Shown: piece by piece, positions 37,380-47,276 of the stretch
How the letters are laid out: the number at the start of each line of letters is the position of its first letter
Position numbering within the stretch: the first letter of the stretch is position 1
Origin: Actinomycetota bacterium
GTDB lineage: Bacteria > Actinomycetota > UBA4738 > HRBIN12
Assembly: GCA_040880745.1 (NCBI GenBank)
Contig: JBBDHX010000051.1
Coordinates: forward strand, 1-63,676
Reading direction: 5' to 3'
DNA length: 63,676 bases
Position numbers and translations under genes: made by a program
Notes under the pieces: model-generated
Seen by the model: the letters and a program-made list of their open reading frames with translations, nothing else
What the model was told of the DNA's origin: nothing
The model's database searches: none

Positions 37380-39230
37380 CTACGCGGACTTCGTCGTTGG
37401 CCCGCCGAGGTAGGCTTGGATCACAGCGGGGTGCTCGGCGATATCGCGGGGTAGCCCCAGCGCGATGGTCCGGCCCTGGTCGAGCACCTGGATCCGGTCG
37501 CAGAGCTTCATGATGAGGCGCAGATCGTGGTCGACGATGACGACGGTGCAGCCGAGGCTCGCCCGGATGCGCCGGATGTTCTCGAGGAGTTCGTCGGATT
37601 CGTTCTCGTTCATGCCGGCCGCGGGCTCGTCGAGCAGGATCAGCGACGGCCGGCGCACCACGGCCCTCGCGATCTCCAGCCGCCGCTGCATCCCGTAGGG
37701 CAGGTTCACCGCCCGCTCGCGCTCGACCCTGGTGAGGCCGAACCCGGCCAGGACCTCGTCCACCGAGGAGTCGGCGACCCCCGGCGGCGCCGCGGCTTCC
37801 ACGTTCTCGCGCACGGTGAGTTGCGGGAACAGACGGATGTTCTGGAAGGTGCGCGACAGGCCGAGCGCGGCGACCTGATACGCCTTGCGGCCGCCGATCT
37901 CCCGCCCCTCGAACACGATGCGCCCTGCCGAAGGTGCGTACGTCCCGGCGATCACGTTGAGCAGCGTGGTCTTCCCGGAGCCGTTGGGTCCGATCAAGCC
38001 GAGGATCTCACCCTGGTGCACCTCGATGTCCACGCCCGCGAGCGCCGCGATCCCCTCGAAGTGCTTCTCCACGTCTCGGCCGTGCAGCACCGTGGGCGTG
38101 TCGGCGAACCGGGTCGGCTCGCTCGGCGTTTCCTCATCAGCCACCGCTGGCTCGCCGGCGCTCTCGCTCGCCGACCCCCGCCGGGCGCGGCGCGCTGCTG
38201 GGGAGAGCCGGCGGAGCAGGTCGTCGATCTCCCAGCGGTCGAAGATGCCCTCGGGCCGCAGGATCAGGGTGATGATGATCAGCAGCGCGATCGCGAACTG
38301 CACCGTACCGGTGATTCGGGGAAGCTCCCACGGACCGATCGAGACGCCCTGCTCGACCCGCGCGAGGGTGTCGGTCAGGAACGTGATGATCGCCGCGCCC
38401 GTGACCGCGCCCGTGATGGAGGTGCGTCCGCCGATCACGAGCATCGCGAGCAGCGCGAACGTGATCGCGAAATAGAACTGGTTCGCGTTGAACGCGATCA
38501 CGCTCTGCGCCCAGAGCGAGCCCGCGCCCCCCATCATCGCCGCGCTCAACAGCCACGCCCCGTACCGGGTCCTGACCACGTTCGTCCCCACCGAGGCCGC
38601 GGACAGCGGGTCCTCGCGCGAGGCGCGCAACCGGAGCCCCGGCCCGGACTCCTTGTACAGGCGTCCGATCAGGACGAACACGATGGCGGCCGCCGTCCCG
38701 GCCACGACCCCGGTTCGGACCGGGATCCCGGCCAGGCCGACCGAGCCTCTCGTGAACGTGGTCGCGTTCTGGAAGAAGGTGTGCGTCACGACCAAGAGCG
38801 CGAGCGTGGCCATCGCCATCGTCGCCTCGGTCATCCGGATGACGGCGCCGCCGAACACGGCGGCCACGATCACCGCGGCGAGCGCCGAGGCTGCGATCGC
38901 CGGGACGAGGCCGAGGTCCGCGGTCGCCAGCAGCGAGGGTAGACCGGGCAACTGCGACGCCTTGATGGCTTCCGGGATCGTCACGAGCGCCGTGACGTAG
39001 GCGCCGACACCCATGAACGCCACCTGCCCGAACGACACGATGCCGCTGTTGCCGATGAAGACCTGGATCGACACCACGAGCATCACGTTGACGACGAACA
39101 TGACGAACGTGCGGCCGGACGACGGCGATCCGTAGGTGTTGACCAGCCACATGCCAACCAGCAGCACCACCGCGATCGAAGCCGCGCCGAGGAGGGCGGG
39201 CCGCAACCGGCTCCTGGCGATGACGCTCAT
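37380..39230 (-). CDS. Liv-type ABC transporter fused permease/ATPase (LivM-LivG-like)
   Basis: SFGQVAFMGVGAY permease part; GPNGSGKT, LPYGMQRRLEIAR, LLDEP. Confidence 0.92.
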   Translation of the reverse strand: MSVIARSRLRPALLGAASIAVVLLVGMWLVNTYGSPSSGRTFVMFVVNVMLVVSIQVFIGNSGIVSFGQVAFMGVGAYVTALVTIPEAIKASQLPGLPSLLATADLGLVPAIAASALAAVIVAAVFGGAVIRMTEATMAMATLALLVVTHTFFQNATTFTRGSVGLAGIPVRTGVVAGTAAAIVFVLIGRLYKESGPGLRLRASREDPLSAASVGTNVVRTRYGAWLLSAAMMGGAGSLWAQSVIAFNANQFYFAITFALLAMLVIGGRTSITGAVTGAAIITFLTDTLARVEQGVSIGPWELPRITGTVQFAIALLIIITLILRPEGIFDRWEIDDLLRRLSPAARRARRGSASESAGEPAVADEETPSEPTRFADTPTVLHGRDVEKHFEGIAALAGVDIEVHQGEILGLIGPNGSGKTTLLNVIAGTYAPSAGRIVFEGREIGGRKAYQVAALGLSRTFQNIRLFPQLTVRENVEAAAPPGVADSSVDEVLAGFGLTRVERERAVNLPYGMQRRLEIARAVVRRPSLILLDEPAAGMNENESDELLENIRRIRASLGCTVVIVDHDLRLIMKLCDRIQVLDQGRTIALGLPRDIAEHPAVIQAYLGGPTTKSA

Positions 39231-40117
39231 GCGGCCACGACCCTCGGTCCGAACAGTCCCTGCGGCCGGACGTACAGGATGGCGACCACGATCAGCAGGG
39301 ACACCCCTTGCGCGTAGGGCAGCAACGAGCCCGGGAGCAACGCCTGGAGGAACACCTCGAGGGTGCCCAGGAAGAAGCCGCCGAGTACCGCCCCCCGTAG
39401 GTGGCCGAGACCGCCGATCACCGACGCGATGAAGGCCTGGATCACCGGCACGAACCCGGTCGTGGGGTTCACCGACGTGGTGCGCGCGATCCACAGCACC
39501 CCCGCGATGCCGGCCAGGATGCCCGAGATCAAGAACGCCAGCGAGATCACGCGGTTCGCCCGCACCCCCGACAGCCGTGCGGTGGTGAAGTCCAGCGCCG
39601 CTGCTCGCATCGCCAGGCCCGAGCGCGAGCGGCGGATGAAGGTCGTGAGACCCACCAGCGAGATCACGCCGATCCCCGCGGTGACGATGCTCAGCACGCT
39701 GATGCGCACCGGACCGAGCTGCAGCGCCTCGTCGAACAGGGCCGGCACCGGGATGCCGCGCGAGCGGACGGACACGGCCTGGCGGAACCCGCCCTGGATC
39801 AACTGGGCGACGGCGAACGAGGTGAACAGCAGCGACACGAAGCTCGCGTTGCGCAGCGGACGGAACGCGACCAGTTCCATGAGCACCGACGCGAGGCCGG
39901 CGGCCAGGATGCCCACCAACGCCACCACGATGAACGGCGCTCCGAAGTGGGTGGCGGCGAGCATCGCATACCCGGCGACCGTCACGAGCTCTCCGTAGGC
40001 GAAGTTCAACATACCCAGCACGCCGTAGACCATCGACAGACCGAGCGCGAGCAAGGCGTAGATGCTCCCGAGCGAGAGGGCGTTCACGAGCTGCTGGACG
40101 AACTCCGACGGACTCAC
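39227..40117 (-). CDS. Liv-type ABC permease (LivH-like)
   Basis: GSIYALLALGLSMVYG, NFAYGE, VIGGLG. Confidence 0.92.
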   Translation of the reverse strand: MSPSEFVQQLVNALSLGSIYALLALGLSMVYGVLGMLNFAYGELVTVAGYAMLAATHFGAPFIVVALVGILAAGLASVLMELVAFRPLRNASFVSLLFTSFAVAQLIQGGFRQAVSVRSRGIPVPALFDEALQLGPVRISVLSIVTAGIGVISLVGLTTFIRRSRSGLAMRAAALDFTTARLSGVRANRVISLAFLISGILAGIAGVLWIARTTSVNPTTGFVPVIQAFIASVIGGLGHLRGAVLGGFFLGTLEVFLQALLPGSLLPYAQGVSLLIVVAILYVRPQGLFGPRVVAA

Positions 40118-40118
40118 G

Positions 40119-40889
40119 TCATCCCGCCTGGCTGATCCCGAGGTAGGAACGCTCGAGCTCGCCTTCCACCAGCTCGGCGGTCGGTCCGGAGGCCACGACC
40201 GTGCCGACCGAGAGCACGTAGGCGCGGTCCGCGATCTCGAGGGCGCGGTGCACGTTCTGCTCCACGAGGAGCACGGTGACGCCCTCGGTCCGCAGCTCGT
40301 CGATCAATTCGAAGATGCGGTCGACGAAGATGGGGGCCAGTCCGAGCGACGGCTCGTCGAGCAGCAGCATCCGCGGCCTCGACATCAGTGCGCGGGCGAT
40401 CGCGAGCTGCTGCTGTTCACCACCCGACAAGGTCCCCGCGAGTTGACTCGCGCGTTCGCCGAGGATCGGGAAGCGGTCGAGCCAGCGGGCGGTGTCGGCG
40501 CGCAGCTCCTCGCGGTCGGTCCGGGCGATGCCGCCGATCGTGAGGTTCTCCTGCACGGTCAGGTTCGCGAACACGTGGCGTCCCTCGGGCACGAGCGCGA
40601 CGCCTCGGCGCACCACCACCTCGGGGACCAGACCGGTGAGGGACGTGCCGTCGAAGGTGACGGACCCATGCTGGGGCTTCAGTGCCCCGGCGAGCGTGCG
40701 CAAGAGCGTCGTCTTCCCCGCGCCGTTCGGACCGAGCGCCGCCACGATCTCGCCACGACCGACCTCGAGCGAAACGTCGCGGATCGCGACCACCGCGCCG
40801 TAGGCGACCGTCAGCCCATCCACGACGAGCAAGGGAGGGCCGGTGTCGGCGGCGTCCGCCGTCCGGTCCCTCCCGCGCTCGTCGGTCAC
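40119..40889 (-). CDS. Liv-type ABC ATPase (LivF-like)
   Basis: GPNGAGKT, VPEGR, LSGGEQQ, LLDEPSLGLAP. Confidence 0.93.
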   Translation of the reverse strand: MTDERGRDRTADAADTGPPLLVVDGLTVAYGAVVAIRDVSLEVGRGEIVAALGPNGAGKTTLLRTLAGALKPQHGSVTFDGTSLTGLVPEVVVRRGVALVPEGRHVFANLTVQENLTIGGIARTDREELRADTARWLDRFPILGERASQLAGTLSGGEQQQLAIARALMSRPRMLLLDEPSLGLAPIFVDRIFELIDELRTEGVTVLLVEQNVHRALEIADRAYVLSVGTVVASGPTAELVEGELERSYLGISQAG

Positions 40890-40891
40890 AC

Positions 40892-42082
40892 CTAGATCGC
40901 GGGCACGTAGGCCGGGAACCCCGGCTGTTCGAGACAGGTGAACGCGGTGCCGTCCATCTGGATCAACGCGGCCGGCTTGTCCGCACGCCTCGTCTCCGGG
41001 TCCATCACGAGGTGACCGGAGATGCCGGTGTAGTCGGTGGAGGCGAGCTGCGTGATGATCGCGGCGGGCTCCGCGCTGCCGGCCTCCTCGATGGCGGCCG
41101 CCAGGAGGTTGACCTCGTCGAAGCCGACCACGGCGACATAGGAACTCGGGTCCTTGCCGTTGGCCGCGTTGTAGTCGTCGTAGAAGGCCTGCACCTCGGG
41201 GTCACCCTCGGCGGTGCAGACCGAGTTCGAGAACGTGAGGCCATCGATCGCGTTCTCCCCCGCATCGAGCAGGGCCGCGTCGGCGTTGCCGTCCGTCGAG
41301 AGCACCGGCGTGGTGAGACCGGCCTGGCGGAGCTGGCGGAGGAAGACGACGCTGTCGGGGATGTACATCGGGGTGAAGATCGCATCAGGCGCCGGGTCGG
41401 CGTTCGCGATCTTCGTGACCACCGCCGAGTAGTCGCCGGCACCGAGCTTGTATTGGTCCGTGGCGACCACCGTGCCGCCCCCGTGCTCGAACGCGTCGGC
41501 GAAGAACAGCGGCAGGTCCCTGGTGTACGGGATCTCGTTCGACCCCAGCACGTACACCGTCTCGTAGCCCTGCGCGAGCCCGTACTCGGCCAGCACCGCG
41601 GACTGGATGTTGTCGCTCATCACGACTTGGTAGGCGCACGCCCCCATGTCCCCGACCAACGTCGGGTTCGTGCCGAGGCCGGTCGAGATCGGGACGCCGG
41701 CGGTACAGGCGACCTGACCCTCGGCGAGGATGCCGTCGCCCACCGTGCCGATCAGATACACGGCTCCGTCGTCGATCAGCTGCTGGGTGACCTTGGCCGC
41801 CTCGGCCAGGTCGTTGCGCATGTCCACGGTCTTCAACTCGAGCGGGCGTCCGAGCACGCCGCCGTTCTCGTTGATCCGATCGACGGCGAACTGCGCACCC
41901 TCCTGCATGGGGGAGTCGTAGTACGCCCAGTCGGTCGTGAGGTCGGCGGGGAAGCCGATCACGATGGGTTCGCCCGATGCTGAACCGGTCCCGCTCCCGC
42001 TTCCGCCGGGGGTGCTCGCCGTGCTGCATGCGGCACCCACCAGACCCAGGACGAACACCAGCGCGATCGATCTTCTGTGCAT
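40892..42082 (-). CDS. Liv-type ABC substrate-binding lipoprotein
   Basis: Lipobox GAAC; INENGGVLGRPLEL; SD GGGAGG. Confidence 0.9.
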   Translation of the reverse strand: MHRRSIALVFVLGLVGAACSTASTPGGSGSGTGSASGEPIVIGFPADLTTDWAYYDSPMQEGAQFAVDRINENGGVLGRPLELKTVDMRNDLAEAAKVTQQLIDDGAVYLIGTVGDGILAEGQVACTAGVPISTGLGTNPTLVGDMGACAYQVVMSDNIQSAVLAEYGLAQGYETVYVLGSNEIPYTRDLPLFFADAFEHGGGTVVATDQYKLGAGDYSAVVTKIANADPAPDAIFTPMYIPDSVVFLRQLRQAGLTTPVLSTDGNADAALLDAGENAIDGLTFSNSVCTAEGDPEVQAFYDDYNAANGKDPSSYVAVVGFDEVNLLAAAIEEAGSAEPAAIITQLASTDYTGISGHLVMDPETRRADKPAALIQMDGTAFTCLEQPGFPAYVPAI

Positions 42083-42202
42083 CCCAACCTCCCGTCGATG
42101 TCCGGCATTCGTACGATCGACGGGGGAAACTGTCAAACTCGTTACCGACTTCCCCTCGCTGACGAGATGAGTAAGGATCTTGCCTTCGGATGAGGAGGAG
42201 CC

Positions 42203-43108
42203 ACGGGCACGAGCGAGACGATCGGCGAAGAGGTCCGCGAGCGGCTGGGTGAGATGACGCCATCCGAGCGCCGGGTGGCGCGGACGTTGTTGGCGACCTA
42301 CCCCACGGCCGGGCTCGAGAGTCTGCCCCAGCTGGCAGACGGCGCGGGCGTCACCGGTCCCACCGTGCTCCGGTTCGTCCGCAAGATCGGGTTCGACGGG
42401 TACCCCGACTTCCAACGGTCCCTGCGTCAAGAGGTCCAGGCCCGCACCGAGGGCCTGCCTTCGCTCTACGGCAGCAAGGCTGCGAGCCAGGACGACGACG
42501 TGCTCCGCGGGAGCCGTCAGGCGTTCGCCCGCGCGCTGGATGCCACGCTCGGGGCGGGCTCGCTCGAAAACGATGTGGCGCGGGTCGTCGCCTTGCTGTC
42601 AGACCGCAAACGGCGGATCTGGTTCGCGGGCGGACGGTTCAGTCAGCTCGTGGCGACCTACCTCTGTCTGCAGATGCGCATGATCCGGCCAGGGTGCGCG
42701 ACCATCGGCGAGGCTCCCGAGCGGCGTGTGTTGGACAGCATGGAGATCGCGCGGCGGGACGTGCTCTGCCTGTTCGACTATCGCCGCTACCAGCAGGACA
42801 CGATCGCGATCGGCGAGGTCGCGGCCGAACGAGGCGCCGTGATCGTCGCCTTCACCGACCCCTGGCTCTCGCCTGCGGTCGAGCACGCGCGGCACGTGAT
42901 GATCTCCCATGCCGACTCCGCCTCGCCGTTCGACTCGCTGCTCGGCGCGTTCGCGCTCACCGAGCTGATCACCGCGAAGGTGGTGGCCGCCCTCGGAGAG
43001 CACGGCAGGTCGCGGGTCGCCGAGCTGGAGGTGGCCGGCGAGCGCATGCATGGTCGAGCGAAGGCGCCGCCGCTGCACGTCGTCGCGGGGGGTGCGAAGT
43101 CCACGTGA
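42203..43108 (+). CDS. MurR/RpiR-family regulator (start uncertain; first in-frame ATG at 42254)
   Basis: TPSERRVA...TVLRFVRKIGFDGYPDFQ HTH; SIS domain FDYRRY, FTDPWLSP. Confidence 0.85.
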   Translation, partial: TGTSETIGEEVRERLGEMTPSERRVARTLLATYPTAGLESLPQLADGAGVTGPTVLRFVRKIGFDGYPDFQRSLRQEVQARTEGLPSLYGSKAASQDDDVLRGSRQAFARALDATLGAGSLENDVARVVALLSDRKRRIWFAGGRFSQLVATYLCLQMRMIRPGCATIGEAPERRVLDSMEIARRDVLCLFDYRRYQQDTIAIGEVAAERGAVIVAFTDPWLSPAVEHARHVMISHADSASPFDSLLGAFALTELITAKVVAALGEHGRSRVAELEVAGERMHGRAKAPPLHVVAGGAKST

Positions 43109-44475
43109 GCATGCTCGATCGTCCGACGGAGGCCGGGGAGGTCTCGACATGGCTCGAGGGGGCGGGTGTCGCCGCCGTCATCCTCGGGTTCGTCGATCCC
43201 TCGAACATCGTGCGCGCGAAGGTGGTCCCGCGCGCCCGGTTCGCGCAGGTTGCGGTCTCGGGGGCCGGGCTCTCCACCCTGTTCAACGTGGCGATGTCGA
43301 ACGATCTTTTCGCGCTGCTGCCCGGCTACATCGACGGACCGAGCGGTGACCTGCGACTTCGCCCCGACCCCGCCGCGACCGTGCCGCTCGTGGCGATGCC
43401 GGGCTGGGCGTGGGCGCCCGTCGATCAATACACGCAGGAGGGAGAGCCCTTCCCGGGGTGTCCGCGTGCGTTCGCCCGGCGGATGGCCGATGGCTTCGCC
43501 GAGCGGGGACTGTCCGTGCAGGTGGCGTTCGAGTTCGAGTTCTCCGTGGGGATCCGCGGTGAGGATGACGGGTTTCACCCGGCCCACCGGGGGCCGGGGT
43601 ACAGCGACATCGCGCTCGTGCAGAACCACGACTTCGCGCTCGATGTGCTCAGCACGATGCAGGCGCAAGGGCTCGAGCCGCAGCAGCTGCATCCCGAGTA
43701 CGCCGACGGGCAGTTCGAGATGTCGATCGCGCCTCGCGACCCGGTCGCGGCCGCCGACGCCGCGATGATCCTTCGCCAGTCGGTCCGCGCCGTCGCGCGC
43801 CGGCACGGGCTGGTCGTGTCCTTCGCACCGCAGGTCGGCCCCGAGACGGGCAACGGCACCCACGTGCACCTCAGCCTGTGGGATGGCGAGCGCAACCTGA
43901 TGTCGGGGGGCGAGGGTCCGGCCGGCATGCACGACCGGGCCGAGGGGTTCGTCGCGGGGCTCCTGGGCGAGATCCCCGCCATCGTGGGGGTGACCGTGCC
44001 GACCACCCTCGGGTACCTGCGCCTGCGGCCGAACCACTGGTCGGGGGCTACCCAGTGCTGGGGCACCGAGAACCGCGAAGCCGCGCTGCGGTTCATCGCC
44101 GGTTCGACGCGGGCCACGCGCGATGCGGCGAACATCGAGGTCAAGCCGGTCGACGGGACGGCGAACCCCTACCTCGCGGTCGGCGCGCTGCTGGCCGCAG
44201 CGCTGCACGGCCTGGATGCCGGCGCACACCTGCCCCCGTCCACCGAGGAAGACCCCGACAGCCTGCCCGCCGACGTCAAGGTGGAGCGAGGGGTGCGGCT
44301 ACTTCCCGCGACGCTCCCCGAGGCGGTCGAACGACTCGCCGCGTCATCGGTGCTCCGCGAGGCGATGGGCGACTTCTTGTTCGAGACGTTCCTCGCCACC
44401 CGGCGCGGTGAGTGCGAGGCCTACGCGGGGCTCGACGACGACGAGCTGATCCGCCGCCTCCGGTGGCGGTACTGA
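43105..44475 (+). CDS. Glutamine-synthetase-like gamma-glutamyl ligase
   Basis: FEFEF, HPEYADGQFE, GNGTHVHLS, WGTENREAALR, EVKPVDGTANPYL. Confidence 0.9.
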   Translation: MSMLDRPTEAGEVSTWLEGAGVAAVILGFVDPSNIVRAKVVPRARFAQVAVSGAGLSTLFNVAMSNDLFALLPGYIDGPSGDLRLRPDPAATVPLVAMPGWAWAPVDQYTQEGEPFPGCPRAFARRMADGFAERGLSVQVAFEFEFSVGIRGEDDGFHPAHRGPGYSDIALVQNHDFALDVLSTMQAQGLEPQQLHPEYADGQFEMSIAPRDPVAAADAAMILRQSVRAVARRHGLVVSFAPQVGPETGNGTHVHLSLWDGERNLMSGGEGPAGMHDRAEGFVAGLLGEIPAIVGVTVPTTLGYLRLRPNHWSGATQCWGTENREAALRFIAGSTRATRDAANIEVKPVDGTANPYLAVGALLAAALHGLDAGAHLPPSTEEDPDSLPADVKVERGVRLLPATLPEAVERLAASSVLREAMGDFLFETFLATRRGECEAYAGLDDDELIRRLRWRY

Positions 44476-44506
44476 TCGGGACCACGGTCCCGGAAAGCGA
44501 GCCGAC

Positions 44507-45679
44507 ATGGCACGAGTAGATCTCACCGGCGCCGACGTGATCGATGCGCACTGTCACCCGTTCCGGACCCAGGATCTGCTCGATCGCGAGCCGAGGACCT
44601 TCGAGACGCGGTGCATGTTCCTGGGGACCGCATTGCTTTCCTCGAACCACGCCCACCACGAGGCGGCGGCGTTCGTGGAGGAGATGACGGAGACGACGAT
44701 GTTCGGGCTCGCGTTGCGGCGATGGATGGCGACGCACCTGGGATGTGAACCCACGAAGGACGCGGTGGTCGCGGCCCGTGACGCAGCGCTGCGCGCCGAT
44801 CCGCAAGCGTACGTTCGCGGGCTGCTCGAGTCCGAACGGGTGCTGGCGGTCGTCGCGGACGAGGGCTACCCGCAGCCGACCATCCCGCGCGCGGACTTCG
44901 AGGCGGCGCTGGGCGGGGTGCCCGTGCATCGGGTGGGCCGCATCGAGCCCTGGATCGTGGACGCCCGCGAGGAGGGCACTTTCGACAGGACGGTCCAGCG
45001 GTTCGAGGAGGCGGTCACCGTGGCGGCGAGCGATCCTCGACTCATCGCCTACAAAACGATCATCGCCTACCGGACCGGCCTGGACATCACCGACCCCACG
45101 ACCACGGCGGCCGCCACGGCATACGACCGGTGGCGGGCCGACGGGTGGACCGAGTCGCGCGAGCACGCGAAGCCCGTACGCGACTTCCTGCTGCGACGGG
45201 CGTTCGCGCTGGCGAAGGAGCACGACCGCGTGTTCCACGTGCATGTGGGCGCGGGCGACCCCGACGTGAACCTGACACACGCGCAACCGCGGGACGCCTT
45301 CTCGTTCTTCGTGGAGAACCAGGACATCCCGATCGTGATGATCCACTCGGGCTGGCCGTGGGTGGCCGAGGCGAGCTACGTGGGCACGGTGCTCCCCAAC
45401 ATCTACCTCGACCTCTCGGAGTTGGTGCCGTGGGGGTGGGGGCAGATCGACTGGTCGCTCGAGATGATCCTGGGCGCGGTGCCCGGCGCGAAGGTCCTGC
45501 ATGGGTCGGACGAGTCCTCCGAGCCGGAGATGTTCCCCGCCTCGGCCCGCCTCGTGCGCGAGGCGCTCGAGCGCGTGCTGGGGACGTTCGTCGACCGCGA
45601 CTACCTGTCCGTCCCCGACGCCGAGACGATCGGCCGCGGGGTGCTCGCCGACAACGTACGGCGGTTGCACGGGATCTGA
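44507..45679 (+). CDS. Amidohydrolase_2 family protein (FluG N-terminal-like)
   Basis: IDAHCH, KTIIAYRTGL, HVHVGAGD, HSGWP, LHGSD. Confidence 0.88.
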   Translation: MARVDLTGADVIDAHCHPFRTQDLLDREPRTFETRCMFLGTALLSSNHAHHEAAAFVEEMTETTMFGLALRRWMATHLGCEPTKDAVVAARDAALRADPQAYVRGLLESERVLAVVADEGYPQPTIPRADFEAALGGVPVHRVGRIEPWIVDAREEGTFDRTVQRFEEAVTVAASDPRLIAYKTIIAYRTGLDITDPTTTAAATAYDRWRADGWTESREHAKPVRDFLLRRAFALAKEHDRVFHVHVGAGDPDVNLTHAQPRDAFSFFVENQDIPIVMIHSGWPWVAEASYVGTVLPNIYLDLSELVPWGWGQIDWSLEMILGAVPGAKVLHGSDESSEPEMFPASARLVREALERVLGTFVDRDYLSVPDAETIGRGVLADNVRRLHGI

Positions 45680-45748
45680 CGCCCGGCGGTCGAGAGGGTT
45701 ATCGAGAGGTTCTCAACGACCAGACGATGCATGCCTCTTTATCCACCC

Positions 45749-45768
45749 ACGGTTCCGGAACCGTTTCA
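45749..45768. promoter_or_regulatory. Palindrome ACGGTTCCGGAACCGT overlapping a LacI-like box GGAACCGTTTCA
   Basis: Perfect 16-bp palindrome between two convergent genes. Confidence 0.4.
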
Positions 45769-45813
45769 CACGTCGTTCCCTTGGCATGACCACGTGGAGA
45801 GATCAGGCGTGAC

Positions 45814-46500
45814 TCACTGCCTGGGCCAGACGACCTCCAACAACCGCTGTTCGCCGACATCGAGGTGCGTCGAGAGCAGTCCCGCCGCCCCGTCTCGATC
45901 GCCCTTCTCGATGGCGCGCGCGATCCGGCGGTGCTCGTTCATCCAATTCGTCTGGTACTCCGCGTCAGACCGGTCCAGATAGGCGAGCCCGAGACGCAAC
46001 TCACCGAGGAGCGTGCTCTCGAACGAGACGAGTCGGTCGTTCCCCAAGAGCCCGACGATCGCGCGGTGGAAACTCGCGTCGGCGTCTCTGATGGCGTTCA
46101 GGTCGCGTGTCTGGGTCCCCTCCTCCATCTCCTCGATCGCGGCGTGGAGCGCGTCCATGCCCACTTCCAGCGCCTCCGCGTCGCTCGTCATCACCGCATC
46201 GAACTCGAGGAGCCGTCTCGCCGCGTAGATCTCCTGGATGTCGTCGGCGTCCACCGTGGCGACGGCGATCCCCTTGTGGGGCCGGTGTTCGAGCAACCCC
46301 TCGCCGAGGAGGAGCCGGACACCCTCGCGCACGGTGTTCCGGGACACACCGAGATCCTCGGCGAGCGCCACCTCACGGATGGGGGTACCGGGTGCGAGTG
46401 TCCCCGACAGGATCCGGCCGCGGACAATCGACGCGAGTTGGGTCGCGGTACTCGTACGGTCGATCCGCTCGGTGTCCCGATCATCACGCGCCACGGGCAC
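45814..46500 (-). CDS. GntR-family (FCD) regulator
   Basis: LAPGTPIREVALAEDLGVSRNTVREG, DASFH, EHRRI; SD GAGGAG. Confidence 0.92.
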   Translation of the reverse strand: MPVARDDRDTERIDRTSTATQLASIVRGRILSGTLAPGTPIREVALAEDLGVSRNTVREGVRLLLGEGLLEHRPHKGIAVATVDADDIQEIYAARRLLEFDAVMTSDAEALEVGMDALHAAIEEMEEGTQTRDLNAIRDADASFHRAIVGLLGNDRLVSFESTLLGELRLGLAYLDRSDAEYQTNWMNEHRRIARAIEKGDRDGAAGLLSTHLDVGEQRLLEVVWPRQ

Positions 46501-46533
46501 CTCCTCGGTCCTCTCTAGAACTGCCTGACAACT

Positions 46534-46547
46534 CTACAATCCCACAG
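46534..46547 (+). promoter_or_regulatory. Putative GntR box 1 CTACAATCCCACAG
   Basis: Upstream of gntR; recurs at 47186 and 55847. Confidence 0.55.
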
Positions 46548-46594
46548 GAACACGAGGGGAGGACCGAGGCTCGTTAAAGACACTCTTCGCATAC

Positions 46595-47153
46595 GTGGTG
46601 GGTCGCGGTATCCCGGTCGAGACGAGAAGGGGACGGCTGATGGTCGACGTCGCCTACGGGGGCGCGATGTATGCCTCGCTCCCTGCGGCAAGCGCCGGGC
46701 TCGCGGTCCTGCCGGAGCGTCACGACGCTCTCGTCGCCGTCGGTCGCGAGATCAAGCGGGCGCTCAACGTGACGCAGTGGACAGAACACCCGGTCGATCC
46801 ACGGCTGAGCGGGATCTACGGCGTCATCTGGCACGACGACCTGGGGACCACCACCGACGGCGGCCCGCATCAGCGCAACGTCATGGTCTTCGCCGATGGC
46901 GAGGTGGATCGCTCGCCCTGCGGATCCGGTACCTCGGCACGACTCGCCTTGCTGCTCGAGGAGGGGGCGATCGCCGTCGGACAGACGATGGTCCATGACT
47001 CGATCATCGGGTCGCGGTTCGAGGGGCGCGTCCTCGGTACGACCGCCTGCGCGGTGGCGACCGAGGTCGAGGGCGTGGCGTTCAAGACCGCCGAGAGCAC
47101 GTTCGTCCTCGATCCACGCGACCCGCTCGGCACGGGGGTTCCTCCTGCGGTAG
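46595..47153 (+). pseudogene. Proline racemase/hydroxyproline epimerase family, 5-prime truncated with C-terminal frameshift
   Basis: VDVAYGG, RNVMVFADGEVDRSPCGSGTSA; N-terminal half absent; extra G at 47134-47138 shifts DPLGTG/FLLR*. Confidence 0.8.
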
Positions 47154-47162
47154 CCGTCCACC

Positions 47163-47199
47163 TTGACCCTGACCCGGGTATCGCCCTACAATCCTACAG
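47163..47199 (+). promoter_or_regulatory. Promoter TTGACC-N18-TACAAT overlapping putative GntR box 2 CTACAATCCTACAG
   Basis: Near-consensus sigma70 hexamers upstream of the pot-type operon. Confidence 0.7.
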
Positions 47200-47276
47200 C
47201 CATACAAGCGGACTCACGCCGGTGTCCCGGTCGAGGTCGCTGCGTACGCGACGCAAAGACGAAGGGGGCGCGCTCG

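Noticed and set aside
43105-44475. Calling the ligase glnA
   Set aside because: Divergent GS motifs and catabolic context favour a gamma-glutamyl amine ligase
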